A model generated the notes under the pieces. It saw nothing but the letters and a program-made list of their open reading frames with translations. It made no database searches and was not told the DNA's origin. The translations under genes were made by a program, and so were the position numbers. DNA of 64,000 nucleotides, taken from Dehalococcoidia bacterium (lineage in GTDB: Bacteria; Chloroflexota; Dehalococcoidia; Lucifugimonadales; UBA1127). Positions 8,533 to 16,749 of the stretch are shown piece by piece. The DNA lies in NCBI GenBank assembly GCA_965249315.1, contig OZ252225.1, positions 864,508-928,507 on the forward strand, in the 5' to 3' direction. Each line of letters starts with the position of its first letter. Within the stretch, counting starts at the first letter, position 1.

Positions 8533-10260
8533 CTAGTTTTCCACATAGCCGCGGTGGACCTGCAGGACGGCGTCCCACGTGGGCTCCACACCCTGCACGT
8601 TGGTCCGCACGGCCCAGATAACAGGTCGGAACACCGGGATGATCCGGGGCACCTCCTGGATGAGGAGGCACTGGAGGTCGTGGTAGGCCTGCCTGCGACC
8701 ATCCGGATCAACAGTGGTCGCGCCCTGGTCTATGAGGGCGTCAACCTGCGGGTTGGAGTAGAAGGACTCGTTCCACCCTGCGCCCGTCGGGTAGACGATG
8801 CTGAATGCTTCATGCGGAGGCCGGCCTCCCCACCAGACCGTGGTGAAGGGCTTGACCATCCAGCCGTCGCTCCAATAGCCGTCTTCGGACATCACGACGA
8901 TTTCCAGGTCTATGCCGGCCGGTGCAGCCTTCTCCTTCATCACCGTGGCCATCTCCACCATGGCCGCGCCTGCGGTGGAGGTGTAGAGGGTCAGCTCGAT
9001 GCCGTTCGGATAACCGGCCTGGGCCAGGAGCTCTTGCGCCAGGGCGGGGTTGTAGTCCGGAGGCTTGCACGCGTCGTTGAAGAAGGGGTCGGTGGGCGTG
9101 ACGGGATGGTCGTAGGCAATGCCGCCCAACCCCAGCTGAGCGGCGTCCAGGATAGCCTGGCGGTCCGTGGCCGCCTGGATCGCCCTGCGCACCAGGACGT
9201 TGTCAAAGGGCGGCTTCCGCACGTCCATGGCCAGGTTCATATAGCCACCGCTGGGCGCCTGCTTCACGATAATGTCGGAGCTGTCCCGGAGGGCGGAAGC
9301 GGTGGCAGTCTCCATGTCGTAAAGGACGTCAATAACGCCGGCCTTGATGGCCTCGGCCCGGGCCGTCGGGTCCGGGAGGTAGATGAAGAAGAGCTCATCC
9401 GACGGAGGATGGCCCTCCCACCAATAGCTCTCGTTTCGCTCGAAGCGAGTGTACTCCCCGACGACGTGCTCCACCACGTGGAAGGCGCCGGTGCCGAAGG
9501 TCTCGGTAGCGAAGCGCTCGGGGTCGATGTCGGAGGGGGTTATCACGGCGTGGTACTTGACCAGGGTGTCCAGCAGTGGCGCGTAGGCAGAGCTGAACTC
9601 AAACCGGACTGTGTGGTCGTCCACCGCCACCACTTTCATGTCCTCGGGCAGCGTGCCGGCCAGGGGAGACTCCACCTCGAAGAGCCGGTTCATGGAGTAG
9701 ACCACGTCCTCCGCGGTGAACTCCTTGCCATGGCGGAACGTCACGCCCTGCCGGAGGTTGAAGGTCCACTGTGTGGCGTCGGTGCTGATGTCCCAGGACT
9801 CGGCCAGCATGGGCTGGATGGAGAGGTCCGGGTTGCGCATAACCAGGTTGTCATAGGCGTGCACGACGATGGAGAGGTCCGGGACTCCGAGGACCAGAGG
9901 CGGGTCGAGGGTGGTGTGGTCCGCGAGCATGCCCACCTTCAAGGTGCCGCCGGGCCTGGTGACCGCTGCAGCTTGCGTTGCGGGGGTGGGCGTCGCGATG
10001 GCGGTTGTGGTCTGGGCTGTGGCGACCCTCGTGCTCTGCTGCACCGTGGCAGCCGCGCCGGCGGGCGTTGCGTCGGCCGCGGCAGTCGTCTCGGTGGTTG
10101 TGGTTGTCGTCGTCTGGGCTGCGGTCTGCGTCTGGGTTGCAGTCTCCGTCGTTGTGGTTGTGGCCGTCTCCTCGTCGTCACCCTGGCATGCAGTCATCGC
10201 CAGAGCGACAAGAAGGGCCGGCAACAGAAGGGCTCGCAGTAGCTTGATACGTCTAGACAT
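8533..10260 (-). CDS. ABC transporter substrate-binding lipoprotein, family 5 (peptide/nickel/opine type)
   Basis: I prefer ATG 10260 (MSRRIKLL...; AGAGGAGG SD about 9 nt upstream) over the track start 10296. A lipobox LAMTAC is followed by a Thr/Ala/Gln-rich tether and then the SBP_bac_5-like body (GGTLKVGM..., PFDNVLVRRA...). Confidence 0.85.
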   Translation of the reverse strand: MSRRIKLLRALLLPALLVALAMTACQGDDEETATTTTTETATQTQTAAQTTTTTTTETTAAADATPAGAAATVQQSTRVATAQTTTAIATPTPATQAAAVTRPGGTLKVGMLADHTTLDPPLVLGVPDLSIVVHAYDNLVMRNPDLSIQPMLAESWDISTDATQWTFNLRQGVTFRHGKEFTAEDVVYSMNRLFEVESPLAGTLPEDMKVVAVDDHTVRFEFSSAYAPLLDTLVKYHAVITPSDIDPERFATETFGTGAFHVVEHVVGEYTRFERNESYWWEGHPPSDELFFIYLPDPTARAEAIKAGVIDVLYDMETATASALRDSSDIIVKQAPSGGYMNLAMDVRKPPFDNVLVRRAIQAATDRQAILDAAQLGLGGIAYDHPVTPTDPFFNDACKPPDYNPALAQELLAQAGYPNGIELTLYTSTAGAAMVEMATVMKEKAAPAGIDLEIVVMSEDGYWSDGWMVKPFTTVWWGGRPPHEAFSIVYPTGAGWNESFYSNPQVDALIDQGATTVDPDGRRQAYHDLQCLLIQEVPRIIPVFRPVIWAVRTNVQGVEPTWDAVLQVHRGYVEN

Positions 10261-10292
10261 GAACAGTTCCTCCTCTAGTTTTCGGGTCTGCA

Positions 10293-10985
10293 TCACACCA
10301 CGCGCGCTGGCGGCGGTGGAAGCCCGTAGGCCGTCTCCGGGGTTGCGCCAACCTCGGCGTTGGCTGGGGCGGGGGTCGTCGATGCGACACGGGCGACGCC
10401 CCGCTTGTAGGTCTCCCAGACCGGGTCGCCCTGGTCCGATGGTTGCCAGGGGGTCTCGCTCAGGACCCAGAGGCTCGATAGGCCCTGCACCATGCCGTAG
10501 AAGGTGAAGGCCGCAGCGTCGACGTCAAGGTCGGGACGCAGGCTCTCCTCTTCGACGCCCTGCCGGAGAATGCCCCTGATTCGCTCGACATATGCGTCAA
10601 GCATGGACGCGACGCGAGGGCGTAGGGAGGCGTCCTCGAAGGAGACCGCGCCGGCGACCACGATGAGCGCGAGGCCCCAGTAGTCTTCGATGTCCCTGAG
10701 CTGCAGGCGGAAGATGCGCTCCAGGTTCTCCAACGCCGAGCTCTCCTGAGACTCGGCGTCCTCAACCGTCTCGCGGAGGAACTCGCCGACCTGGTCGACG
10801 AGGTAGGAGAGGATCTGCTGCTTGCTGACAAAGTGACGGTAGACGGCGCCTTCGGTGACGCCCACCTCGCGGGCGATGTCCTTGATGGTGACGCTGCCGA
10901 GACCCTTGCGGGTGATGAGACGCGTTACCGCCTCCATGATCTGAAACTGTCGAACGTCGTGCCGCTGTCGGACCTGTCTTAACAC
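10293..10985 (-). CDS. TetR/AcrR-family transcriptional regulator
   Basis: The N-terminal HTH reads RQFQIMEAVTRLITRKGLGSVTIKDIAREVGVTEGAVYRHFVSKQQIL. It has a GTG start, and its stop lies 32 nt upstream of the SBP start on the same strand. Confidence 0.85.
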   Translation of the reverse strand: MLRQVRQRHDVRQFQIMEAVTRLITRKGLGSVTIKDIAREVGVTEGAVYRHFVSKQQILSYLVDQVGEFLRETVEDAESQESSALENLERIFRLQLRDIEDYWGLALIVVAGAVSFEDASLRPRVASMLDAYVERIRGILRQGVEEESLRPDLDVDAAAFTFYGMVQGLSSLWVLSETPWQPSDQGDPVWETYKRGVARVASTTPAPANAEVGATPETAYGLPPPPARVV

Positions 10986-11007
10986 ACAAATAGCCCAAGG
11001 GAAGAAT

Positions 11008-11019
11008 GTGAGCGCTCAC
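11008..11019. promoter_or_regulatory. Candidate TetR operator: perfect 12-bp palindrome GTGAGCGCTCAC
   Basis: It lies 23 nt upstream of the tetR start, immediately downstream of the predicted -10, so it would cover the transcription start. Flanking bases extend the symmetry partially (aaTGTGAGCGCTCACtTa). Confidence 0.5.
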
Positions 11020-11023
11020 TTAC

Positions 11024-11052
11024 ATGCTACCCCCAAGAGGGAGGTCTGTCAA
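11024..11052 (-). promoter_or_regulatory. Sigma70-type promoter for the tetR-ABC operon (TTGACA-N17-TAGCAT)
   Basis: The minus strand reads gggTTGACAgacctccctcttgggggTAGCATgtaagtgagcgctcac. The -35 is at 11052-11047 and the -10 at 11029-11024. Confidence 0.5.
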
Positions 11053-11094
11053 CCCTGGGAAGGGCGGTTTTGGGGTCTTCGGCTCCCGTCCGCT

Positions 11095-11676
11095 TCACGC
11101 GGGGCTCAGCTCTTCCTGCAGCTCGCGGACGACCTGCGGGAGAGGTCGGTCCCTGGTGACGGTGGTCTGGGTGGCCCACGCGGGTTCGGGGGTCGTCGCC
11201 ATGCACACCAGCGTGGGACCCGGTTCGGAGAGGATGCGTCCAACGTTGTTGGTGAACTCCTCCAGGTCGTCGAAGGAGTAGGCGGCGGCGTATCCCGCAG
11301 CTCGGGCCATGCCCGCGAAGGAGACCCTGTCGATGGCGGGTAGAGCCTGCCCGCCGGTGGTGGCGTAGACGCCGTTCTGTACGACGAAGTGGTAGAAGTT
11401 CGTGGGCGCCTGGGCCGCGATGGTGACCAGGGTCCCCAGGTTCATGAGCAGACTGCCATCGCCGTCCATGAGGATGACCCTGGTATCCGAACGGGCAAGG
11501 GCAAACCCCAGCGCGATGGAGGAGAACTTCCCCATGGAAGGACAATCGATTGAGAAGTCCCGTCGAGGGAGCCGGCTAACCTCTGCCCAGCCCTTCACGG
11601 CCTGGTATGCAGGGATGACCACCGCATCGCCGCGATACTTCTCCAACACCGACATCCAGTCTCTCTGGTCGATCAT
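11095..11676 (-). CDS. Thiamine-diphosphate-binding protein, PP (C-terminal) domain only; sulfopyruvate/phosphonopyruvate decarboxylase beta-subunit-like
   Basis: 193 aa with the ThDP-binding motif ILMDGDGSLLMNLGTLVTIAAQAPTNFYHFVVQNG (GDG...N). The size and layout resemble ComE-type beta subunits. No PYR-domain (alpha) gene is adjacent. Confidence 0.7.
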   Translation of the reverse strand: MIDQRDWMSVLEKYRGDAVVIPAYQAVKGWAEVSRLPRRDFSIDCPSMGKFSSIALGFALARSDTRVILMDGDGSLLMNLGTLVTIAAQAPTNFYHFVVQNGVYATTGGQALPAIDRVSFAGMARAAGYAAAYSFDDLEEFTNNVGRILSEPGPTLVCMATTPEPAWATQTTVTRDRPLPQVVRELQEELSPA

Positions 11677-11697
11677 GCTGCGCCCCCTCCCTTGCCT

Positions 11698-12489
11698 CTA
11701 CTGCTGTCCCTTGCTACTGATACGCACCTCAACGCTCCCAAGGCCGCCGAAGTCCGCCACCGCGACGTCCCCTGCGGAGACCGGCGTGACGCCGGTGCAG
11801 GTCCCTGTGGTGATGATTTCGCCCGCGAGGATGGCATCTCCGAGAGCGGACAGGTGGTTGGCGGTCCATTCCAGCACGGTAAGCGGATCACCCAAGGCAT
11901 TGGCGCCGACACCCTCGACGACGAACGCCCCGTTCACAAAGAGGCGCACGCCGTGCCCCTTGATGTCCACGGCCCGCCAGTCTGCCGTTCTCGGCCCGGC
12001 GACGAAGGCGCTGTTTCCAGTCATGTCAGACACCAGGCGCACTCCACCCAGCTCCCCGAAGCCACCGGCGAAGCGGCAACCCACAACCTCGATGGCGGGG
12101 ACCAGCGCCTCGACGGCCGCCAGCACCTCAGCGCGGGTGTAGCCACCCGGCCGGGGCGGCAGGTCCCGAGCGAAGAGGAACGCGAACTCGCATTCGACGC
12201 TGGTGCCCTGGTCGGGGAACACCGCGAGCTCCGCCGGGGAGGCGAAGCAGAAGGGCTGAAACATGGGGGCCGAGGCGGGCTCGTCGATGCCGAAGAGGCT
12301 CTGCATGGCCGGATTGGTCGCCCCGACCTTCCAGCCGGCCCGCGGCAAGCCTGCCAGGGTTGTGATCTCGCGCTGGACGCTGTAGGCCTCCCCGACGCCA
12401 TCGAGCACGTCCGCCGCCTCGCGCGGCAGGGTGCCGCCGCCAGTGCGAGCGCGCCAGAGCCGTGCAGCCAGATCGCGAACGTGGTCCAC
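11698..12489 (-). CDS. Fumarylacetoacetate-hydrolase-superfamily hydratase/decarboxylase (2-keto-4-pentenoate hydratase MhpD-like)
   Basis: Family blocks: AYSVQREI..., GWKVGATNPAMQ, VECEFAFLFARDL, GEIITTGTCTG. I prefer GTG 12489 (VDHVRDLAARLW...), which is preceded by ACGAGGAGG, over the track start 12699, whose extra 70 aa look non-coding. Confidence 0.7.
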   Translation of the reverse strand: MDHVRDLAARLWRARTGGGTLPREAADVLDGVGEAYSVQREITTLAGLPRAGWKVGATNPAMQSLFGIDEPASAPMFQPFCFASPAELAVFPDQGTSVECEFAFLFARDLPPRPGGYTRAEVLAAVEALVPAIEVVGCRFAGGFGELGGVRLVSDMTGNSAFVAGPRTADWRAVDIKGHGVRLFVNGAFVVEGVGANALGDPLTVLEWTANHLSALGDAILAGEIITTGTCTGVTPVSAGDVAVADFGGLGSVEVRISSKGQQ

Positions 12490-12675
12490 GGGCCTCCTCG
12501 TACAGGCCCCACAGTAGCGGAAGACGGCGCCGTTCTCAAGGCGGCAGAGCCGCTCTTGCATTCGCCGTTGCGCCTGGAGCGCTGTTGGAGGCGCGTGTCG
12601 TGGAGGTTCCCCTGCCTTCGCAGGGGCAGGCTCTGCCCTCGCCGGAACGACGGATGGGTGTGGCGGCGCGCCGTC

Positions 12676-12684
12676 TGATACAAT
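12676..12684 (+). promoter_or_regulatory. Extended -10 promoter element for ltaE (TGaTACAAT)
   Basis: TGATACAAT lies 33 nt upstream of GTG 12717. The -35 is weak. GGAGG sits 6 nt before the start. Confidence 0.35.
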
Positions 12685-12716
12685 GGCCTCTATACCCAAC
12701 GAATCGGAGGCGTCCC

Positions 12717-13763
12717 GTGCGTGTAGTGGACTTGCGCAGTGACACGGTAACCCAGCCCACGGCAGAGATGCGCAGGGCGATGTTCGAGGCGGAGGTGGGC
12801 GACGACGTGTGGGACGAAGACCCCACAGTCCACCGCCTGGAGGACATGGCTGCGCGGATCACCGGCAAGGAGGCCGCTGTCTTCACTCCCAGCGGCACGA
12901 TGAGCAACCTCATGGCCGTCCTTGCCTGGACGAAGCGGGGTGACGAGATCATCTTGGGCAACGAGTCCCACATCTTCTGGAACGAGGTGGGCAGCGCCTC
13001 CGCTCTGGGCGGCGTGGTGATGCGCACGGTCCCCAACGACGCTTCGGGGCGCCTGGACCCCGCCGACGTGGAGGAGGCAGTGCGAGGGCCCAACATCCAC
13101 TTCCCTCCCACGACGTTGGTGTGCATCGAGAACACGCACAACCGCTGCGGCGGCGGCATCCTCACGTGCGAGGAGACGGCCGCCGTGGCCAAGGTGGCCC
13201 ACGACCGCGACATCCCGGTGCACTTGGACGGCGCTCGCATCTTCAATGCGTCCGTCGCCCTGGGACTGCCGCCGCAGGCGCTGACGGAGGACGTGGACTC
13301 GGTCTGCTTCTGCATCTCCAAGGGGCTCAGCGCGCCGGTTGGGTCGCTGCTGTGCGGCAGCGCCGAGTTCATCGAGAGGTCCCGCAAGTGGCGCAAGATG
13401 CTGGGAGGCGGGATGCGCCAGGCGGGCGTGCTGGCCGCCGCTGGCGTCGTGGCGCTGGACGGCATGGTGGAGCGCCTGGCCGACGACCACGTCAACGCCA
13501 AGCGCCTGGCCGAAGGCTTGGCCGCGGTGCCTGGCGTGAGCCTGGACCCCGACGCGACGCCAACGAACATCCTGATCTTCGAGTGGACAGCCGGCCCTGC
13601 ACCGGCGTTCATGGAGCGGCTGGCGGAGCAGGGCGTCAAGGCCTCCTACCTGGGCGGCGCCAAGGTCCGCATGGTCACGCACGCGGGCATCAGCCCCGGA
13701 GACGTGGACTACGCCGTGGAGACGACGGCTCGGGTGGCCCGGGAGGCCCTGGCGGTCGCCTAG
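12717..13763 (+). CDS. ltaE: Low-specificity L-threonine aldolase (PLP-dependent, Beta_elim_lyase family)
   Basis: The protein reads VRVVDLRSDTVTQPTAEMRRAMFEAEVGDDVWDEDPTV...GTMSNL...ENTHNRCGG...CISKGLSAPVGS (PLP Lys region). GTG 12717 has a GGAGG SD. The upstream part of the track ORF (12462-) overlaps the divergent gene. Confidence 0.8.
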   Translation: MRVVDLRSDTVTQPTAEMRRAMFEAEVGDDVWDEDPTVHRLEDMAARITGKEAAVFTPSGTMSNLMAVLAWTKRGDEIILGNESHIFWNEVGSASALGGVVMRTVPNDASGRLDPADVEEAVRGPNIHFPPTTLVCIENTHNRCGGGILTCEETAAVAKVAHDRDIPVHLDGARIFNASVALGLPPQALTEDVDSVCFCISKGLSAPVGSLLCGSAEFIERSRKWRKMLGGGMRQAGVLAAAGVVALDGMVERLADDHVNAKRLAEGLAAVPGVSLDPDATPTNILIFEWTAGPAPAFMERLAEQGVKASYLGGAKVRMVTHAGISPGDVDYAVETTARVAREALAVA

Positions 13764-13787
13764 TAGACTCAGGCCAAGCCGACGGCG

Positions 13788-14384
13788 CTAGGCGCCCATC
13801 AAGGCGATGACGGCGCCCAGGCGCTGCAGCCTCACATCGCCGTCGATGCCGAGCCCTGCGAAACGGACGCCCGCGGCGCCTGCAGCTTGGCGGTCGTAGG
13901 TAGAGTCGCCAACCATCAACGCCTCCGCCGGTGCCACGCCCAGCAGACCGCACGCCCGCAACACCATGTCCGGGGCTGGCTTCGCCGCGGGCACGTCGCT
14001 GCCTCCGACCAACTCGTCCGGGGCCAAGTCCAGCCCCTCGAGGACTCGCCTCGCGAGGGGGGAGGGCGTGTTGGTGACGACCCCAACGCCCACGCCCATC
14101 CGACGCAGAGCCGCCAGCACGCCGGCGGCATCCGGGTTGGCTTCGATGTGCTGGGTGTAGTCAGTGAAGTGCGCATCGTAGAAGGCCTCCACCTCCGTCA
14201 CGGTGTGGCGAGGAAAGAACATGCGGACGTCCTCCTCCGTGGGCTGGCCGTAGACCGCTCGGAACTGCTCCCGGCCCACGGGCGGGTATCCGAAGTGGAG
14301 GGCGGTGGCGTTCATGAGGCACAGCCATGCTTCGAAGCTGTCCACGAGGACGCCGTCCATATCAAAGAGCACTGCTCGGACCAT
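13788..14384 (-). CDS. HAD-superfamily phosphatase (phosphoglycolate phosphatase/PGMB-like)
   Basis: MVRAVLFDMDGVLVDS (motif I), VVTNT (motif II) and MVGDSTYDRQAA (motif IV). The start is taken at ATG 14384, with ATG 14408 as an alternative. The long Ser/Thr-rich N-terminal extension in the track ORF is not credible. Confidence 0.75.
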   Translation of the reverse strand: MVRAVLFDMDGVLVDSFEAWLCLMNATALHFGYPPVGREQFRAVYGQPTEEDVRMFFPRHTVTEVEAFYDAHFTDYTQHIEANPDAAGVLAALRRMGVGVGVVTNTPSPLARRVLEGLDLAPDELVGGSDVPAAKPAPDMVLRACGLLGVAPAEALMVGDSTYDRQAAGAAGVRFAGLGIDGDVRLQRLGAVIALMGA

Positions 14385-14556
14385 ACCTTCGCCACTCGCA
14401 TGTAGCATGGCACTCAAGGATAGCGCCTCTCGCGTTTCGGTCAACCGGCTGTCAAGGCCCAGCGGCGGCCGGGCAGAGTGCAGGACTTGCGAGGGGCCGG
14501 AGCACCGCGTAGAATCGCATCCTAGATTCCCACTTCGCGCCGAAGGAGATGTCGAT

Positions 14557-14916
14557 ATGCCCGTGTTCACACCCGAAGGGGTAGAGGAAAAACTTGTTGA
14601 AGCAATCAATGCCGGCGATCTTCACTCAGCCATAGCCCTCTTCGAGGGCGGCGCCACCGTCATCTTCACCGGTGGCGGGACTGCCACCGGCGGGGTGGCC
14701 ATCCGAGACGGACTAGGCGAGCGGCTGGCCGCCAAGCCGCAACTCACCTCGGAGCTCGTGAACATCCTCTGTGGTGACGGAATCGCCGTCGCCCACTACA
14801 AGTGGAGCCTCACGGCCGCAGGATCCACGTCGAGCGGGGTAAGCGACCACCTGCTGCGTCGACAGCAGGACCGGAGCTGGCGCATAGCCGCCCTCAACAG
14901 GGCCGGAATGGGGTAG
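14557..14916 (+). CDS. SnoaL-like / NTF2-fold (DUF4440-type) small protein
   Basis: 119 aa from ATG 14557 (GAAGGAG SD 8 nt upstream). The pattern LVEAINAGDLHSAIALFEGGATV...GDGIAVAHYKWSL...DRSWRIAAL is typical of the NTF2-like fold. Confidence 0.55.
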   Translation: MPVFTPEGVEEKLVEAINAGDLHSAIALFEGGATVIFTGGGTATGGVAIRDGLGERLAAKPQLTSELVNILCGDGIAVAHYKWSLTAAGSTSSGVSDHLLRRQQDRSWRIAALNRAGMG

Positions 14917-14962
14917 CCGGTTAGCCGGACTGCGGACGGTTACCTCAGCGGGTATAGGCGCT

Positions 14963-16393
14963 TCAGCGCTCGTACCCTTCTTCGCGCCGAGCCAGGTAGT
15001 CGCGCAGGTACAGGACCTGAACCGTGTTGGTCGAGCCCGCCACCCCGGTGAGGAAGCCGTGAACAATGGTGAGCACGTCCTCCTTTGAGACGAGGCCGGA
15101 CTCCAGGGCCCGGTCCACGATCATGGCCACCAACCTGGGGATGTCTCGCTCCGGCGGGATGGCCCCCAGAGGAATCACGCCCCACCCCACGCACAGGCGA
15201 CGCATCATAGATTCATCGTGTGAAAGCGCCAGGATGCGTTGCGCCGGACGATAGCGAGCCACCTCAAAGGCGGCGCGTCCCGTGCTGGTGACGACGACGA
15301 CGTGGCTGTTCAAGCCCCGCATGAGCGTCGTTGCGGCGTTGGCGATGGACTGGGTCCGGTCGCGGGGGGCAAGGTCCGGGAAGAAGGGATAGACTTCCTC
15401 CGACACCTGGATGATGGAGGCCGCGACCTCCACCGTCTCCACCGGGTAGTGGCCGATGGCCGTTTCGTCGGACAGGAGGACGGCGTCACATCCATCGAGG
15501 ACCGCGTTGGAGACGTCGGAGACCTCGGCGCGGGTGGGCATGGGCGCGAGAACCATAGAGTTAAGCATCTGGGTGGCGATGACGGAGAGCACGCCCAGAT
15601 CCTTGGCACGTCCCACAACGTGCTTCTGGACCAGAGGGACTCGGACCATGGGCGTCTCGATGCCCAGGTCGCCCCGGGCCACCATCACAGCATCGGCGAC
15701 TTCGAGGATGGAGTCCAGGTTTCCAAGGGCCTCTGCGCGCTCCAGCTTGGCCATGATGGGCATGTCGCTGCCCTGCTCCTGGACGTAGTCCCGGACCTCC
15801 TGGATGTCCCGGCCTTCGCGAACGAAGGAGACGGCCAACCAGTCGACGTCGTGCTCAACGCCGAATCGAATGGCCGTCTTGGCCCTCTCCGTAAGTACAG
15901 TGGGCGACAACTCCACGCCGGGTATGTTCACGCCGCGGTAGGAGGAGATCATGCCACCCCGGGTAACTACTGCTTTGACTCCTGCCTCCACGCGCTCCAC
16001 GACCTCCACGCAGATCGAGCCGTCAGAGATGAAGACCTGAGCACCTGGCTTCAGCTCCGCCAGGACCTCCGGGTGTGGAAAGGGAAGTATCTCCTCGTCC
16101 GTGGAGCTGTCCTGGGCAACCAGGGTCACGGTGTTGTCGGGCTGAAGGCGCTGGTGTCCGTGAATTTGTCCGAGGCGCATCTTGGCCCCTCCCAGGTCCT
16201 GGAGGATGGCCAAGGGCCTCTGGTGTTTGCGAGAGAGCTCTCTGAGCGTGGCGATGACCTTCGCATGCTCAGCAAGGGTCCCGTGGGAGAAGTTGAGGCG
16301 GGCGCAGTCCATCCCGGCCCGAAAGAGGCGCTCCAGCACCTCCGGGCTGCGTGACGTGGGCCCTATAGTGGCAATGATCTTGGTTTTTCGCAC
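14963..16393 (-). CDS. pyk: Pyruvate kinase
   Basis: (V)RKTKIIATIGPTSRSPEVLERLFRAGMDCARLNFSHG..., MVARGDLGIE. I prefer GTG 16393 (GGAGCGAGG upstream), which gives the canonical MRKTKII N-terminus. The track start is 16411. Confidence 0.92.
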   Translation of the reverse strand: MRKTKIIATIGPTSRSPEVLERLFRAGMDCARLNFSHGTLAEHAKVIATLRELSRKHQRPLAILQDLGGAKMRLGQIHGHQRLQPDNTVTLVAQDSSTDEEILPFPHPEVLAELKPGAQVFISDGSICVEVVERVEAGVKAVVTRGGMISSYRGVNIPGVELSPTVLTERAKTAIRFGVEHDVDWLAVSFVREGRDIQEVRDYVQEQGSDMPIMAKLERAEALGNLDSILEVADAVMVARGDLGIETPMVRVPLVQKHVVGRAKDLGVLSVIATQMLNSMVLAPMPTRAEVSDVSNAVLDGCDAVLLSDETAIGHYPVETVEVAASIIQVSEEVYPFFPDLAPRDRTQSIANAATTLMRGLNSHVVVVTSTGRAAFEVARYRPAQRILALSHDESMMRRLCVGWGVIPLGAIPPERDIPRLVAMIVDRALESGLVSKEDVLTIVHGFLTGVAGSTNTVQVLYLRDYLARREEGYER

Positions 16394-16500
16394 GCCTCGC
16401 TCCGGGTCCACCCCTTCTAGAGACGCATTGTAGCTACCAGCGCGGCGCTCCGACTACCCCCTCGCCCGTCCATTCGCGCCGCAGTGGAAAACGGCGCCGC

Positions 16501-16749
16501 CTACGAAGGCAGCCCTTCGGCGTCCTCAGTCATGGCCAGGCGCAGCACGGGCCGAAGGGTCCTCCGCACGTCCGAGTGGAAGACCTGGTCTGGGCTGATG
16601 ACGACCCAGCCAAGCTGCGGGCCCTCCGGGGTGTCCACCATCACCCGGTCGCCGGTCCGAAGCGCCATCTGCTGGGGGTCGAAGTAGCGGACGAGGCCGT
16701 TACGCCGCAGACGGACTCCCACCAACCGGCCCGCCCCTTCAGGGATCAT
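16501..16749 (-). CDS. RicT/YaaT (PSP1-family) N-terminal fragment, 82 aa; truncated relative to about 275-aa homologues
   Basis: MIPEGAGRLVGVRLRRNGLVRYFDPQQMALRTGDRVMVDTPEGPQLGWVVISPDQV...RPVLRLAMTEDAE aligns by eye with the first about 75 aa of Bacillus YaaT. Its ATG 16749 overlaps the holB stop (ATGA). The ORF stops well before the PSP1 domain would be complete, and only 107 nt remain before the preferred pyk start (GTG 16393). Confidence 0.5.
   Translation of the reverse strand: MIPEGAGRLVGVRLRRNGLVRYFDPQQMALRTGDRVMVDTPEGPQLGWVVISPDQVFHSDVRRTLRPVLRLAMTEDAEGLPS

Noticed and set aside
9958-10185. Repetitive GTN/GTC-rich nucleotide tract (antisense of ACN codons) that might look like a tandem repeat or CRISPR-like array.
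   Set aside because: It is the in-frame coding sequence of the poly-Thr/Ala tether of the SBP. There is no repeat-spacer periodicity and no direct repeats of 20 nt or more.
12610-12639. Two mutually exclusive hairpins (CCCCTGC/GCAGGGG and GGGCAG/CTGCCC) resembling an attenuator in the hydratase/ltaE divergent gap.
   Set aside because: They lie upstream of both predicted promoters (ltaE -10 at 12679; hydratase TTGAGA-N17-TACTGT at 12539-12511), so they are probably not transcribed. The stems are short.
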